Shown here: positions 30,338 to 39,774 of the stretch, one piece after another | How the letters are laid out: every line of letters starts with the position of its first letter | How positions within the stretch are numbered: position 1 is the first letter of the stretch | DNA from: Novosphingobium sp. | Lineage (GTDB): Bacteria > Pseudomonadota > Alphaproteobacteria > Sphingomonadales > Sphingomonadaceae | Direction of reading: 5' to 3' | Assembly (NCBI GenBank): GCA_020446505.1 | Contig: JAGREN010000050.1 | Location: 8,423-72,422, forward strand | Length of the DNA: 64,000 nt | The notes under the pieces: generated by a model | Told to the model about the DNA's origin: nothing | Seen by the model: the letters and a program-made list of their open reading frames with translations, nothing else | The model's database searches: none | Translations under genes and position numbers: made by a program

Positions 30338-31981
30338 ATGACTGACTGGATCGCCCTTGCATCGAGCGCCGCCGAAGCCGCTCGCGCCTATGCCGAAGCC
30401 GCGCGGGCGAAGACTGCCGCCGCCATCGCGCCCGAGGGCAAGATCGACGCTGCCAGGGCCGATGCCGAGCAGCGCATCGTCCACGGCTTCGCCTGGATCG
30501 CGACAACGGCCGAGGCGCTCGCCGCGACTGCCGACTGGGCCGAACGCGCCAAGGCCGCCGGTCACTTCGGCGAGATCGAGGAACTGACCCTTCGCGTGGG
30601 CTTTGGCGAATATCTCGCGCAGCTTCTGGGCGGCGTGCCGATGAGCCAGAACGAGATCGTGCGCCCCGGCGAGCTTGGCCTCACCGACGCCGCCTCGGCG
30701 CTCGCCGCCGATCCCGCAGCCGCGCAGTTCCTCGCAGAGGGAAATACGGCCACCACGCGCGCTGCTCTGGCGAAGATGCTGGCGGACGGCATGGTCCCCA
30801 ACGAATCGCTCGGCGACGAAACTCTCGACATGATCCGCGACCAGTTCCGCTCCTTCGCGGCGGACCGGATCGCGCCCAAGGCGCACGAATGGCATCTCGC
30901 CGACGACCTCATCCCCGATGAAGTGGTCAACGAGATGGCCGAATTGGGCGTGTTCGGCGTCTGCATCAAGGAAGAGTACGGCGGCCTTGGCATGGGCAAG
31001 CTCGCCATGGTGCTCGTCTCCGAAGAACTGTCGCGCGGCTGGATCTGCGCCGGTTCGCTCGGCACCCGCTCGGAAATCGCGGGTGAGCTGATCGGCGAGA
31101 ACGGCACCGAGGAGCAGAAGCGCAAGTGGCTGCCTGCCCTTGCCGACGGCTCTGTGCTGCCGACTGCCGTGTTCACAGAACCCGATACCGGCTCCGACCT
31201 CGCTTCGGTGCGCACCCGTGCGATCATGGGTGACGACGGCTCGTTCACGATCCAGGGCGCGAAGAACTGGATCACCCACGCCGCGCGCACCGATCTGATG
31301 ACGGTGTTGTGCCGCACCGATCCCGATACGCCCGGCCACCGGGGCCTGTCGATGCTTCTGGCCAGCAAGACCCGCGGCACCGAAGCGACGCCCTTCCCCG
31401 ACGAAGGGCTCGACGGCAGCGAGATCGAAGTGCTCGGCTATCGCGGCATGAAGGAATATGCCCTGTCGTTCGACGGCTTCCCGGTCGCGGCGGAAGGGCT
31501 GCTCGGCGGCGAGCAGGGCAAGGGCTTCGTGCAGCTCATGCAGACCTTCGAAGGCGCCCGCATCCAGACGGCCGCGCGCGCCATCGGCGTGGGCTGGAAC
31601 GCCTATGACCTCGCGCTGCGCTACGCGCTCGACCGCAAGCAGTTCGGTGAGCCACTGATCCGCTTCCCGCGCGTTGCCGACAAGCTGGCGATGATGGTGG
31701 CCGAACTGGTCATGGCCCGCGAGCTGACCTATTCGGCAGCGCGCCACAAGGACAGCGGCAAACGCTGCGACATCGAGGCCGGCATGGCCAAGCTGATCGG
31801 CGCGCGCGTGGCATGGACCAATGCCGACAATGCCGTGCAGATCCACGGCGGCAACGGCTATGCGCTGGAATATCAGGTGAGCCGCGTGCTGTGCGACGCG
31901 CGCATCCTCAACATCTTCGAGGGCGCGGCGGAAATCCAGGCACACGTCATCGGGCGCGGACTGGTATCCTCGCGCAACTGA
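30338..31981 (+). CDS. mcd: (2S)-methylsuccinyl-CoA dehydrogenase homologue
   Basis: N-terminal extension (FGEYLAQ..GG.PMSQ.E), [39 protein letters not shown] match the recalled Rhodobacter Mcd. Confidence 0.87.
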   Translation: MTDWIALASSAAEAARAYAEAARAKTAAAIAPEGKIDAARADAEQRIVHGFAWIATTAEALAATADWAERAKAAGHFGEIEELTLRVGFGEYLAQLLGGVPMSQNEIVRPGELGLTDAASALAADPAAAQFLAEGNTATTRAALAKMLADGMVPNESLGDETLDMIRDQFRSFAADRIAPKAHEWHLADDLIPDEVVNEMAELGVFGVCIKEEYGGLGMGKLAMVLVSEELSRGWICAGSLGTRSEIAGELIGENGTEEQKRKWLPALADGSVLPTAVFTEPDTGSDLASVRTRAIMGDDGSFTIQGAKNWITHAARTDLMTVLCRTDPDTPGHRGLSMLLASKTRGTEATPFPDEGLDGSEIEVLGYRGMKEYALSFDGFPVAAEGLLGGEQGKGFVQLMQTFEGARIQTAARAIGVGWNAYDLALRYALDRKQFGEPLIRFPRVADKLAMMVAELVMARELTYSAARHKDSGKRCDIEAGMAKLIGARVAWTNADNAVQIHGGNGYALEYQVSRVLCDARILNIFEGAAEIQAHVIGRGLVSSRN

Positions 31982-31989
31982 CGCGAAAA

Positions 31990-32012
31990 GGGCGGCCCCA
32001 ACGGGACCGCCC
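31990..32012. terminator. Stem-loop between convergent genes
   Basis: AAAA-GGGCGGCCCC-AAC-GGGACCGCCC, between the mcd stop and the convergent ACAD stop. Confidence 0.55.
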
Positions 32013-32038
32013 ATTCCAGTTCAGTATTCGGTCTCAGG

Positions 32039-32980
32039 TCAGGCCGTCAGCGCCGCGCGCCGCGCGCGGGCATCGCTGCCCAGCATGTCCATCACCATTG
32101 CGCGCTTCAGGAACAGGTGCGCATCGCACTCGTCGGTGAAGCCCATGCCGCCGTGGGTCTGGATGTTGGCCTTGGCGTTCTCGAATGAAGCGCGCTTGGC
32201 GAGCGTACGGGCAGCGGCGGCTTCCACCGCATCGTCCATGCCAGCACCGAACACGGTGGCGGCGAACAACGTCTGCGTGTCGGCAGCAGAAGCCCGCGTC
32301 GCCATGTCGGCGCATGAGTGCTTGATCGCCTGAAACGCGCCGATCGGCTGGCCGAACTGCTCGCGCTGCTTGGCATAGTCCACGGCCATGTCAGTCGTCG
32401 CCTGCGCAATGCCAGTGAGGTAGGCCGCGATCAGAACTTCAAGGCGAAGCGCAGGCTGGGCGTTGCCTGCCCCGCCCTCGATCCGCTCGAAGGTCATGGT
32501 GTGATCGAGCCCGCCGTCAGTCGCTGCCAGCGACAGGTCGGACCGGGCACGCAGTGACGCTCCGCCGGGACCGAAGACGACGATCCATTCAGCCCCCTCG
32601 CCATCAAGCACATAACCATCGGCAATACCGAAGGTGGCGCGCGCCTCGCCCGAGATCAGCGCATCGCGCGTGGCTTCGTCGGTCGCGAGATGCGGCGCGC
32701 AAAGCTGGGCAAGCACGCCGGGCGAAACGAGATTGCGGCCCAGCGCACGGGCGACCAGCGCCTCTTCGGGCAGGCCGAGGCCAAGACCGCCCTGATCCTC
32801 GGGCAGGCCGAGGCCGAACAGGCCAAGCTCGCAAATCTGACCCCAGACTTCGGCTTCCGCCGCACCGCCATGAGCCTTCGCGTCGCGCAGCCGTTCGACC
32901 GGCAGCACGTCTGCAAGGAATGAGACGATCGTATCCTCGATCGCGCTCTGGTCTTCATCGGGAATGAGATCGACGATCAT
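32039..32980 (-). CDS. Acyl-CoA dehydrogenase family, short non-catalytic beta-type subunit
   Basis: Start overlaps the partner stop (ATGA). Lacks the SEP.AGSD motif; keeps REQFGQPIGAFQAIKH and QTHGGMGFT. Confidence 0.86.
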   Translation of the reverse strand: MIVDLIPDEDQSAIEDTIVSFLADVLPVERLRDAKAHGGAAEAEVWGQICELGLFGLGLPEDQGGLGLGLPEEALVARALGRNLVSPGVLAQLCAPHLATDEATRDALISGEARATFGIADGYVLDGEGAEWIVVFGPGGASLRARSDLSLAATDGGLDHTMTFERIEGGAGNAQPALRLEVLIAAYLTGIAQATTDMAVDYAKQREQFGQPIGAFQAIKHSCADMATRASAADTQTLFAATVFGAGMDDAVEAAAARTLAKRASFENAKANIQTHGGMGFTDECDAHLFLKRAMVMDMLGSDARARRAALTA

Positions 32981-34128
32981 ACCGCTTTTGGTCCTTTCGG
33001 CAGGCCGAGCACACGCTCGCCGATGGTGTTGCGCCGGATTTCGGAGGTGCCTCCGCCGATTGCCCACTTGAAGCATTCGAGGAAGTGCGCCGGATAGTTG
33101 TAGCCCGCTCGTTCGAGCGAGTGCGGGCCGAGCAGGTCGAAGGCAGCTGCATTCACCCGGCGGGTCAGTTCACCGAAATAGAGCGCGACGATATTGCCTT
33201 CCGCGCCCGGCACCGTTTCGTGCATGCCGCGCGAGATCGACGCTGCCGTCAGCGAGCGAAGCGCCATGACTTCGGACTTCAGACCCGCGAGCATTTCAAG
33301 CTGCACATCGTCCGCGCCGCCGGGGAACGACTTCACCGCCTCGATCACGCGGTCGACTCGAGTTGCCAGTTCGATCTGGTGCGCCACGGTGCCGGTGCCG
33401 CGTTCGAAACCGAGCGTGGTCATCGCCGTCTTCCAGCCCTGATTGACCTCGCCGACCACGTTCTTCAGCGGGATGCGCACGTCATCGTAGAAGCACTGGG
33501 CGAAGTGTTCGAGGCCCGCCATGGTCTTGATCGGGCGCACTTCGAGGCCGGGAGCCTTCATGTCGCCGACGATCCAGGTGAGACCGCGATGCCGCGTCTC
33601 GTTGGGATCGGTGCGCACCAGCAGTTCCTGCCAGCGGGCGTGCTGGGCATAGGTCGTCCAGATCTTGGTGCCGTTGATGACGAGATCGTCGCCGTCGATC
33701 TCGCCCTTGCATTTCAGGCTGGCAAGGTCCGATCCCGCGCCCGGCTCGGAAAAGCCCTGGCACCAGTTTTCGGTGCCGTTGAGAATCGTCGGCAGATACT
33801 TCGATTTCTGCTCTTCGTTGCCCGAGACGATCATGGTCGGCCCGGCATGGCTCAGCGCCACGAACATGCAGCCGGATGGCGGGCCGCCAGCCAGCGCATA
33901 TTCCTCGTGCCAGATCAGCTGTTCGAGCACGGATGCGCCGCGTCCGCCATATTCCGTGGGCCAGTTGATGCCGGCCCAGCCGCCTTCGAATTGCTTGGCC
34001 TGCCAGGCAAGGTCGAACTCGCGCATGGCATCGCCGTCGTCGGGGCGGTTCTTCGGGACGTTGTCCTGCAGCCAGTCGCGGCATTGCTCGCGGAAGCTGG
34101 CAAGCTCAGCGGATTCGACGATCTTCAT
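32977..34128 (-). CDS. Acyl-CoA dehydrogenase, catalytic alpha-type subunit (ChsE/FadE-like)
   Basis: WCQGFSEPGAGSDLASL, LGFERG, IGGGTSEI. Confidence 0.92.
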   Translation of the reverse strand: MKIVESAELASFREQCRDWLQDNVPKNRPDDGDAMREFDLAWQAKQFEGGWAGINWPTEYGGRGASVLEQLIWHEEYALAGGPPSGCMFVALSHAGPTMIVSGNEEQKSKYLPTILNGTENWCQGFSEPGAGSDLASLKCKGEIDGDDLVINGTKIWTTYAQHARWQELLVRTDPNETRHRGLTWIVGDMKAPGLEVRPIKTMAGLEHFAQCFYDDVRIPLKNVVGEVNQGWKTAMTTLGFERGTGTVAHQIELATRVDRVIEAVKSFPGGADDVQLEMLAGLKSEVMALRSLTAASISRGMHETVPGAEGNIVALYFGELTRRVNAAAFDLLGPHSLERAGYNYPAHFLECFKWAIGGGTSEIRRNTIGERVLGLPKGPKAV

Positions 34129-35579
34129 TGAAACAGCACCTTCAGCTCTCCCAGAGCGACTTTGAGCGATTGATTGCGCGGTAGCGCGTCAAGAATGCGG
34201 ATGTCTACCGGTTGCTGCCATGCGAGCAACCTGTCGGAAAGGAACGCGCGCAGTTCTTCGGCGGTGGCCGATGTTCCAGGCGCGAGTTCGACGGCCGCGA
34301 CCGGCACCTCGCCCAGCCGCGAATCGGCAATGCCCAGCGCCGCCGCATCGGCCACGGCGGGATGCTGGCAAAGGGCATCGGCGATGGTCTCGGGCAGCAC
34401 CTTGAACCCGCCCCGGTTGATCGCGCCGTCGGCGCGGCCATGCAGGAACAGGAAGCCGTCGGTATCGATGTGGGCAAGATCAGTAGTGCGAATCCAGTCC
34501 GGCCCGATGCGTTCGGCCTGGACTTCGAGAACGCCTTCCTCGCCCGAGGGGAGTGGCACTCCGGTTTCAGCATCGACCACCCGCAACTTTGCCGTGGGGA
34601 TCGCGCGCCCGCTGCTGCCGCGCTTGGCCGCGCCGAATTCGCGGTAGAGGTCGACCGTCCAGGCTGCGACCACGCCTGCGAACTCCGTCGCGCCATAAGC
34701 AAGTGTCATGGCGACGCCGAAACGCTCTTCGAATGCGGCCTGTTCGTCGGGATCGACCTTGCCGCCGCCTACGCCGACCACTTCGAGCGAGGACAGCCAT
34801 TCCGCCGGAACGTCGCTGTCGAGCATCATGCGGATTCCCGCAGGGGGGAGAGAGCCACGCGTCGGCTTGAAATCACGGATCGCCTCCGCCCATTCCCTTG
34901 GCCGGAACCTGTCGAGCAGGACGAGCGGCTGGCGGTTCATCAGCGGCGGCATGGCATAGCCAAGGCCGGATATGTTGCCGAGCGGGGCTGCCATGATCTG
35001 CGGCTTCGCACCGTCGCTGCCCGCATACATGGTGCCGCTGGCAGCAAGCGTGCGCGCGATCGTCTCGCGGCTGAGCGGCACCTGCTTGGGCGCGCCGGTC
35101 GTACCGGACGACAGCAGTTCGAGCCCGGTCCCGGCTGGCGGTTCCTGAAAAGGACTGTCTCCACGCGGCAGCAACACTTCGACCTGTGCGCTATCCTGCC
35201 CACCCGATACAGCAATGGCGGCACAGCCGACGGCACGCGCAGCCGCAAGCGTTTCCTCGGTCCAGTCCTCACGCTGCGCCACTACGGCGGGACGGCGAAG
35301 CCGTTCGATGTCGGCGGCGAGGCGAGCCGGGCTTTGCGCGGAATGGATCATCGTCAATGGACGGCCCGCATCGAGCGCGCCTGCCATTGTCGCGACATGC
35401 GCTGGACGATTGCGAGCGACAAGCGCAAGAGCACCATCCGTTCCAGCGGCTGCCAGCACCTCACGCGCGGTCCGCACCATCCAGTCACGGCTGTGCCAAT
35501 GGCCCGCGAAATGCACGCAAGGCTCCTTGCCAGCGGAGAGTAGCGACGGAATCACCGGGTTGGATGCAGTCTCGGACAC
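34125..35579 (-). CDS. Acyl-CoA synthetase, paralogue of 21788-23314
   Basis: LLSSGTTGAPK, YGATEFAG, RTTD, GRADGAINRGGFK, PRNQSLK. Confidence 0.9.
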   Translation of the reverse strand: MSETASNPVIPSLLSAGKEPCVHFAGHWHSRDWMVRTAREVLAAAGTDGALALVARNRPAHVATMAGALDAGRPLTMIHSAQSPARLAADIERLRRPAVVAQREDWTEETLAAARAVGCAAIAVSGGQDSAQVEVLLPRGDSPFQEPPAGTGLELLSSGTTGAPKQVPLSRETIARTLAASGTMYAGSDGAKPQIMAAPLGNISGLGYAMPPLMNRQPLVLLDRFRPREWAEAIRDFKPTRGSLPPAGIRMMLDSDVPAEWLSSLEVVGVGGGKVDPDEQAAFEERFGVAMTLAYGATEFAGVVAAWTVDLYREFGAAKRGSSGRAIPTAKLRVVDAETGVPLPSGEEGVLEVQAERIGPDWIRTTDLAHIDTDGFLFLHGRADGAINRGGFKVLPETIADALCQHPAVADAAALGIADSRLGEVPVAAVELAPGTSATAEELRAFLSDRLLAWQQPVDIRILDALPRNQSLKVALGELKVLFQ

Positions 35580-35593
35580 GCGTTTGCCCTATC

Positions 35594-35685
35594 TCCGTCA
35601 TGACGGAAGTGCAATAGAGGACCCTCTATTAGCCAATTTGGACTCGACATGCCCCCCGAATCGCGCCAATAGAGGACACCCTATT
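35594..35685. promoter_or_regulatory. Divergent promoter with three palindromes: TCCGTCATGACGGA (35594-35607), AATAGAGG-AC-CCTCTATT (35613-35630) and AATAGAGG-AC-ACCCTATT (35668-35685)
   Basis: Read directly; the two motif B copies start 55 bp apart. Confidence 0.65.
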
Positions 35686-35703
35686 ACGGCGAGGAGCTGA
35701 AAA

Positions 35704-36966
35704 ATGGCCACCAAGAGTGAAGAGACAAAGGACGACGGCCTCGTCCGCAGCATGCTGACCGACGAATCGATCCAGTTGATGCGCGACCGCATCGGTTTCC
35801 CCAATCCCACCGTCCGCACCGGCTTCACCGACGAGCCGTGGAACACCATCGCAACGGCAGACGCGATGCGCCGCTTCTCGTACTGCATCGGTGACGACAA
35901 CCCGCTGTACTGCGATCCCGAGTACGCGAAAAACACCCGCTGGGGCGAAACCATTGCTCCGCCTGCCTTCGAGAAGTCGATGGGCATTATGGGCAATGCG
36001 CTCATGGAAGACCCGGAGTGGGAAAAGGCAACCTCCAAGGCCCTGCGCGGCGTGCAGCTGTTCCACTCGGGCGGCGAGAACTTCTACTGGGCCCCGATCA
36101 CCGAGGGCGTGAAGCTGTGGCGTTCGCGCTACGTCAAGCAGGTCGACGTCAAGGAATCGGAATATGCCGGCCGCTCGGCCATCGTCACCAACGGCCTGTG
36201 CATGTGGGACGAGAACGACAAGGTCTACGTCGATGGCGTCGACTGGTTCGTCCACGCCGAACGCAAGAAGCGCACCGACAGCAAGTCGAAATACGCCAAG
36301 GAAGAGCCTGCCTTCTACACCGACGAGGAAATGAAGGAGATCGAGGACTGCTACGATAACGAATATCGTCGCGGCGCCGACACGCTCTATTACGAAGATG
36401 TCGAAGTCGGCACCTCGCTGCCCAAGATGGTCAAGGGTCCGTTCCAGATCACCGACCTCATCAACATGCACATGGGCACTGGCTGGATCCTTTACGGCTG
36501 CTGGCCGAACCGCCTCGCCTATGAAGGCCGCAAGAAGCTGCGCGGCTTCTACACCCGCGACGAGTTCAATGCGTGGGATTCGCTGCAGCGCGTCCACTGG
36601 GACAAGGATCTTGCCGACAAGGTCGGCGTGAAGATGATGTACGACATCGGCGCGGTCCGTCAGTTCCACGTTTCGAACTACCTGACCAACTATGCCGGTG
36701 ACGATGCCTTCATCCACCGCATCAAGTTCGAGTTCCGCCGCTTCAACTACACGGGCGACGTGACCTGGATGACCGGCGAGATCGTCGACAAGCGGATCGA
36801 TCCCAAGCTCGGCCCGGTGATCGAGGTCGTCCTGCGCGGCACCAACCAGCGCGGCAACGACAACATCAACGCGACATCGACCATCATGGTCGCCAGCCGC
36901 GAGCATGGTCCGGTCAAGCTGCCCGAACCGCCCGCGCCGACGCCGCACCGCCGGCCGACGCCCTGA
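35704..36966 (+). CDS. Double hot-dog (FAS1-like/MaoC) acyl-CoA hydratase/dehydratase
   Basis: IGDDNPLYCDPEYAKNTRWG..IAPP N-domain; DSLQRVHWD...G..Y..G and FEFRRFNYTGD C-domain. Confidence 0.82.
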   Translation: MATKSEETKDDGLVRSMLTDESIQLMRDRIGFPNPTVRTGFTDEPWNTIATADAMRRFSYCIGDDNPLYCDPEYAKNTRWGETIAPPAFEKSMGIMGNALMEDPEWEKATSKALRGVQLFHSGGENFYWAPITEGVKLWRSRYVKQVDVKESEYAGRSAIVTNGLCMWDENDKVYVDGVDWFVHAERKKRTDSKSKYAKEEPAFYTDEEMKEIEDCYDNEYRRGADTLYYEDVEVGTSLPKMVKGPFQITDLINMHMGTGWILYGCWPNRLAYEGRKKLRGFYTRDEFNAWDSLQRVHWDKDLADKVGVKMMYDIGAVRQFHVSNYLTNYAGDDAFIHRIKFEFRRFNYTGDVTWMTGEIVDKRIDPKLGPVIEVVLRGTNQRGNDNINATSTIMVASREHGPVKLPEPPAPTPHRRPTP

Positions 36967-36984
36967 GTTCCTTGGGAGAGGACG

Positions 36985-37015
36985 CGCCGGTTCGGCCCTT
37001 CGGGTCGGACCGGCG
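36985..37015 (+). other. Intercistronic hairpin with a C(UUCG)G tetraloop
   Basis: CGCCGGTTCGGCCC-TTCG-GGTCGGACCGGCG. Confidence 0.55.
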
Positions 37016-37033
37016 TAATCCGTTGAGAGGTAG

Positions 37034-37831
37034 ATGATGTCTGACGCGATCGCCTGGCTGCGCGAGGAATGCGAAGAGCTGGAAGGCCTGCTTCAGGGCC
37101 TTTCTGAAGCCGAATGGAACCTTGTCACCGATTACAAGGACTGGACGATCGCCGATCAGGTGATGCACCTGCATCAGGTCGATGGGTGGGGCGGCAAGGC
37201 CGCCACCGATCCCGAAGGCTGGCCCGATTTCGTCAAGAGCGTGCGCGCCTATCAGGCCGAGGGCAAGACGCATTACGATGTGGCGCGCGAGCTGTTCGGG
37301 CATCTGGCCGGAGCGGACCTGCTGGCGCTGTGGAGCAAGGGCTGGCGCGAACTGATCGGCAAGCTCGAAGCGGTAGTCGGCGACGACAAGCTGCCGTGGT
37401 TCGGCCCGCCGATGCGGCCCGATTCCTTTGCCGGAGCCCGGCAGATGGAAACCTGGGCGCACGGCCAGCGCGTGTGGGACGTTCTGGGCAAGACCCGCGA
37501 GCCAAAGGAACGCATCAAGGGCATCTGCGAACTGGGCGTGCGCACGCAGGGCTGGACTTTCGCCAATCGCAAGATCGACCGTCCGCCTGTGGCACGCGTG
37601 GAACTGACCTCCCCTTCGGGCGAGGAATGGGTCTGGAACCCGGACGCCGAAGGGCTGGTCAAAGGCACCGCGCTCGATTTCGCGCTGGTCGTGGTCCAGT
37701 CGCGCAACGTCGCCGATACCGGTTTGAAATTGGAAGGCGACAATGCCAAGGCATGGATGGCGATTGCCCAGGCCTATGCCGGGGTGCCCGCCGATCCGCC
37801 CAAGCCAGGCACGCTCAAGGTGCCGAAATAA
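37034..37831 (+). CDS. DinB/maleylpyruvate-isomerase superfamily protein (TIGR03084-like)
   Basis: WTIADQVMHL, WFGPPM, ARQMETWAHGQ, LTSPSGEEW, TALDFALVVVQ. Confidence 0.8.
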   Translation: MMSDAIAWLREECEELEGLLQGLSEAEWNLVTDYKDWTIADQVMHLHQVDGWGGKAATDPEGWPDFVKSVRAYQAEGKTHYDVARELFGHLAGADLLALWSKGWRELIGKLEAVVGDDKLPWFGPPMRPDSFAGARQMETWAHGQRVWDVLGKTREPKERIKGICELGVRTQGWTFANRKIDRPPVARVELTSPSGEEWVWNPDAEGLVKGTALDFALVVVQSRNVADTGLKLEGDNAKAWMAIAQAYAGVPADPPKPGTLKVPK

Positions 37832-37850
37832 GAGTTTACCGGGAGCACCC

Positions 37851-38621
37851 ATGGCCGAAGTCACGCTGAGCCGTCCATCCGATCACGTCGCCGTCATTCG
37901 TATCGACCGTCCCGAGGCAATGAACGCGCTGAGCCTCGACGTGCGCCAGCAGATCGCGGCGATCCTGCACGAACTCAACGAAGACGACGAGACCCGCGTC
38001 ATCGTGCTGACCGGCGGCGAGAAAGTGTTCGCGGCGGGCGCGGACGTTGCCGAACTCAACAAGCGCGACATTCTGAGCAAACAGTTCCGGCTTTCGCGGG
38101 TCGCCTGGGACGCGCTCGATTCCTGCCGCAAGCCGATCATCGCGGCCGTCAACGGCTATGCACTGGGCGGCGGCTGCGAGATGGCGCTTCATTGCGACAT
38201 CATCATCGCAGGCGACGAGACCAAGCTTGGCCAGCCCGAAGTGCGGCTCGGCATCATGCCGGGCGCTGGCGGCACCCAGCGGTTCGTTCGCGCGGCCGGC
38301 AAGTATCAGGCAATGCGCTGGCTTATGACCGGCGACCAGATTCCGGCGCAGACCGCTTACGAAATCGGCCTCGTCTCCGAAGTCGTGCCTGAAGCCGAGG
38401 TGCAGGGCCACGCGCTCAAGCTGGCGGAAAAGATCGCGCGCCTGCCTCCGCTCGCCATCGAGGGCAGCAAGCAGGCCGTCATCATGGGCGCGGAAGCCTC
38501 ATTGCCGACGGCCCTCGCCTTCGAGAACAAGATCTTCCAGCTGCTGTTCGCCAGCGAAGACAAGGCCGAAGGCACCAGCGCCTTCCTCGAAAAGCGCAAG
38601 CCCGAATTCAAGGGGCGTTAG
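37851..38621 (+). CDS. Enoyl-CoA hydratase (both catalytic Glu present)
   Basis: FAAGAD, GGGCEMA, GQPEVRLG. Confidence 0.93.
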   Translation: MAEVTLSRPSDHVAVIRIDRPEAMNALSLDVRQQIAAILHELNEDDETRVIVLTGGEKVFAAGADVAELNKRDILSKQFRLSRVAWDALDSCRKPIIAAVNGYALGGGCEMALHCDIIIAGDETKLGQPEVRLGIMPGAGGTQRFVRAAGKYQAMRWLMTGDQIPAQTAYEIGLVSEVVPEAEVQGHALKLAEKIARLPPLAIEGSKQAVIMGAEASLPTALAFENKIFQLLFASEDKAEGTSAFLEKRKPEFKGR

Positions 38622-38708
38622 TGCGTTACCCGTCCAGGCTGAAGCCGACGGGAAAGCAACGCTCAAACGCCGCGCGGGCTTAAGTTCCGCGCAGTGAACG
38701 TCCGGAAA

Positions 38709-39770
38709 TTAAAGTTCCATCATGCTCGCATAGCGTTCGACCTGCGCGCCGGCACCGCCGTGGCGCATCTCGAAAGCGATAAGCTGGCGGAAGTGGTGGC
38801 CGACCGGATATTCCTCGGTCACGCCGATGCCGCCGTGAAGCTGGATGCCCTGCGCGCCGACGAAGTGGCCTGCCTGCGCGACCTTGACGCGGCAGGCCGC
38901 TGCCATTGCGGACCGGTCAGGGCCGTTACGCACCAGCGCATCGAGCCCGCGCAAGACCACCGAACGCGCCTGTTCCAGCTCGATGAACATGTCGGCGAGC
39001 CGATGCTGAAGCGCCTGGAACTGGCCAATTAGCTGGCCGTATTGTTGTCGGGTGTTGAGATAGTCCTTCGTGAGGTCGAAAGCGGTCTGCATCACGCCAA
39101 CCGCTTCGGCGCTTTCGACGACGTGTTCGCAATCGAGGGCGAATTCGATGGCGGAAAGCGCGTCACTAGAGATCAGCGTGGCTGGCGTTGCATCTAGCAC
39201 TAGATCGCCAGCAGGGCGCATGTCGAACAGCAGGTATTCGCGCACTTTCGCCGCGTCGGCGGCCACTTCGAACAAGCCGATCTTGCCGTCAGGCGTCCTT
39301 GCCGAGACGAGGAAGCTCGTCGCCAGCGGTGCGCCGATAATCGCGGTCTTGGTGCCCGTCAGCGACCAGCCGTCGCCCGCCTGCGTTGCCGTAGTCTCGA
39401 CCCAGGACGGATCGCCGCCCTGCCCCGCCTCGACATGCGCGACGAGAGGAATTTCCTCGCCGGAAGCCACAGCCTCGGCGCGCTCGGGCGCCAGTGCCAG
39501 CAGCAGTTGCGTGGCAGTCACCGCGACACCGACATAGGGCGCCGCGACCAGCCCCTTGCCCAGTTCCTCGGCGATGATGGCGTTGTCGTAGACGTTGCCG
39601 TCAAGCCCGCCCTGATCCTCCGGAATGGCGACCATCAGCCAGCCGAGTTCGGCAAACTGGCCCCACTGCGCAGCCATGTCCGCGCCCGAGCCAGCTTCCT
39701 GCTCGACCCAGCGCGCCGCCGCGTCGCGGAACATCACCTGTTCTTCGGTGGGAAGTACCTTCATGCCCAT
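38709..39770 (-). CDS. Acyl-CoA dehydrogenase beta-type subunit (PimD-like)
   Basis: RQQYGQLIGQFQALQHRLADM, QLHGGIGVTEE; lacks SEP.AGSD; GAGGA RBS. Confidence 0.88.
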   Translation of the reverse strand: MGMKVLPTEEQVMFRDAAARWVEQEAGSGADMAAQWGQFAELGWLMVAIPEDQGGLDGNVYDNAIIAEELGKGLVAAPYVGVAVTATQLLLALAPERAEAVASGEEIPLVAHVEAGQGGDPSWVETTATQAGDGWSLTGTKTAIIGAPLATSFLVSARTPDGKIGLFEVAADAAKVREYLLFDMRPAGDLVLDATPATLISSDALSAIEFALDCEHVVESAEAVGVMQTAFDLTKDYLNTRQQYGQLIGQFQALQHRLADMFIELEQARSVVLRGLDALVRNGPDRSAMAAACRVKVAQAGHFVGAQGIQLHGGIGVTEEYPVGHHFRQLIAFEMRHGGAGAQVERYASMMEL

Positions 39771-39774
39771 CGCG

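Noticed and set aside
30338-31981. Reading mcd as part of an ethylmalonyl-CoA acetate assimilation locus
   Set aside because: No ccr, ecm, mch or mcl in the window, and the neighbour is mct, which that pathway does not use. It cannot be excluded genome-wide.
30122-32014. Long antisense or alternative-frame ORFs (e.g. 30122-32014, 22034-24064, 46111-47856, 47543-49453, 4756-6327, 50259-51764)
   Set aside because: Each overlaps a gene with clear family motifs and has none itself; stop-poor shadow frames are expected in high-GC DNA.
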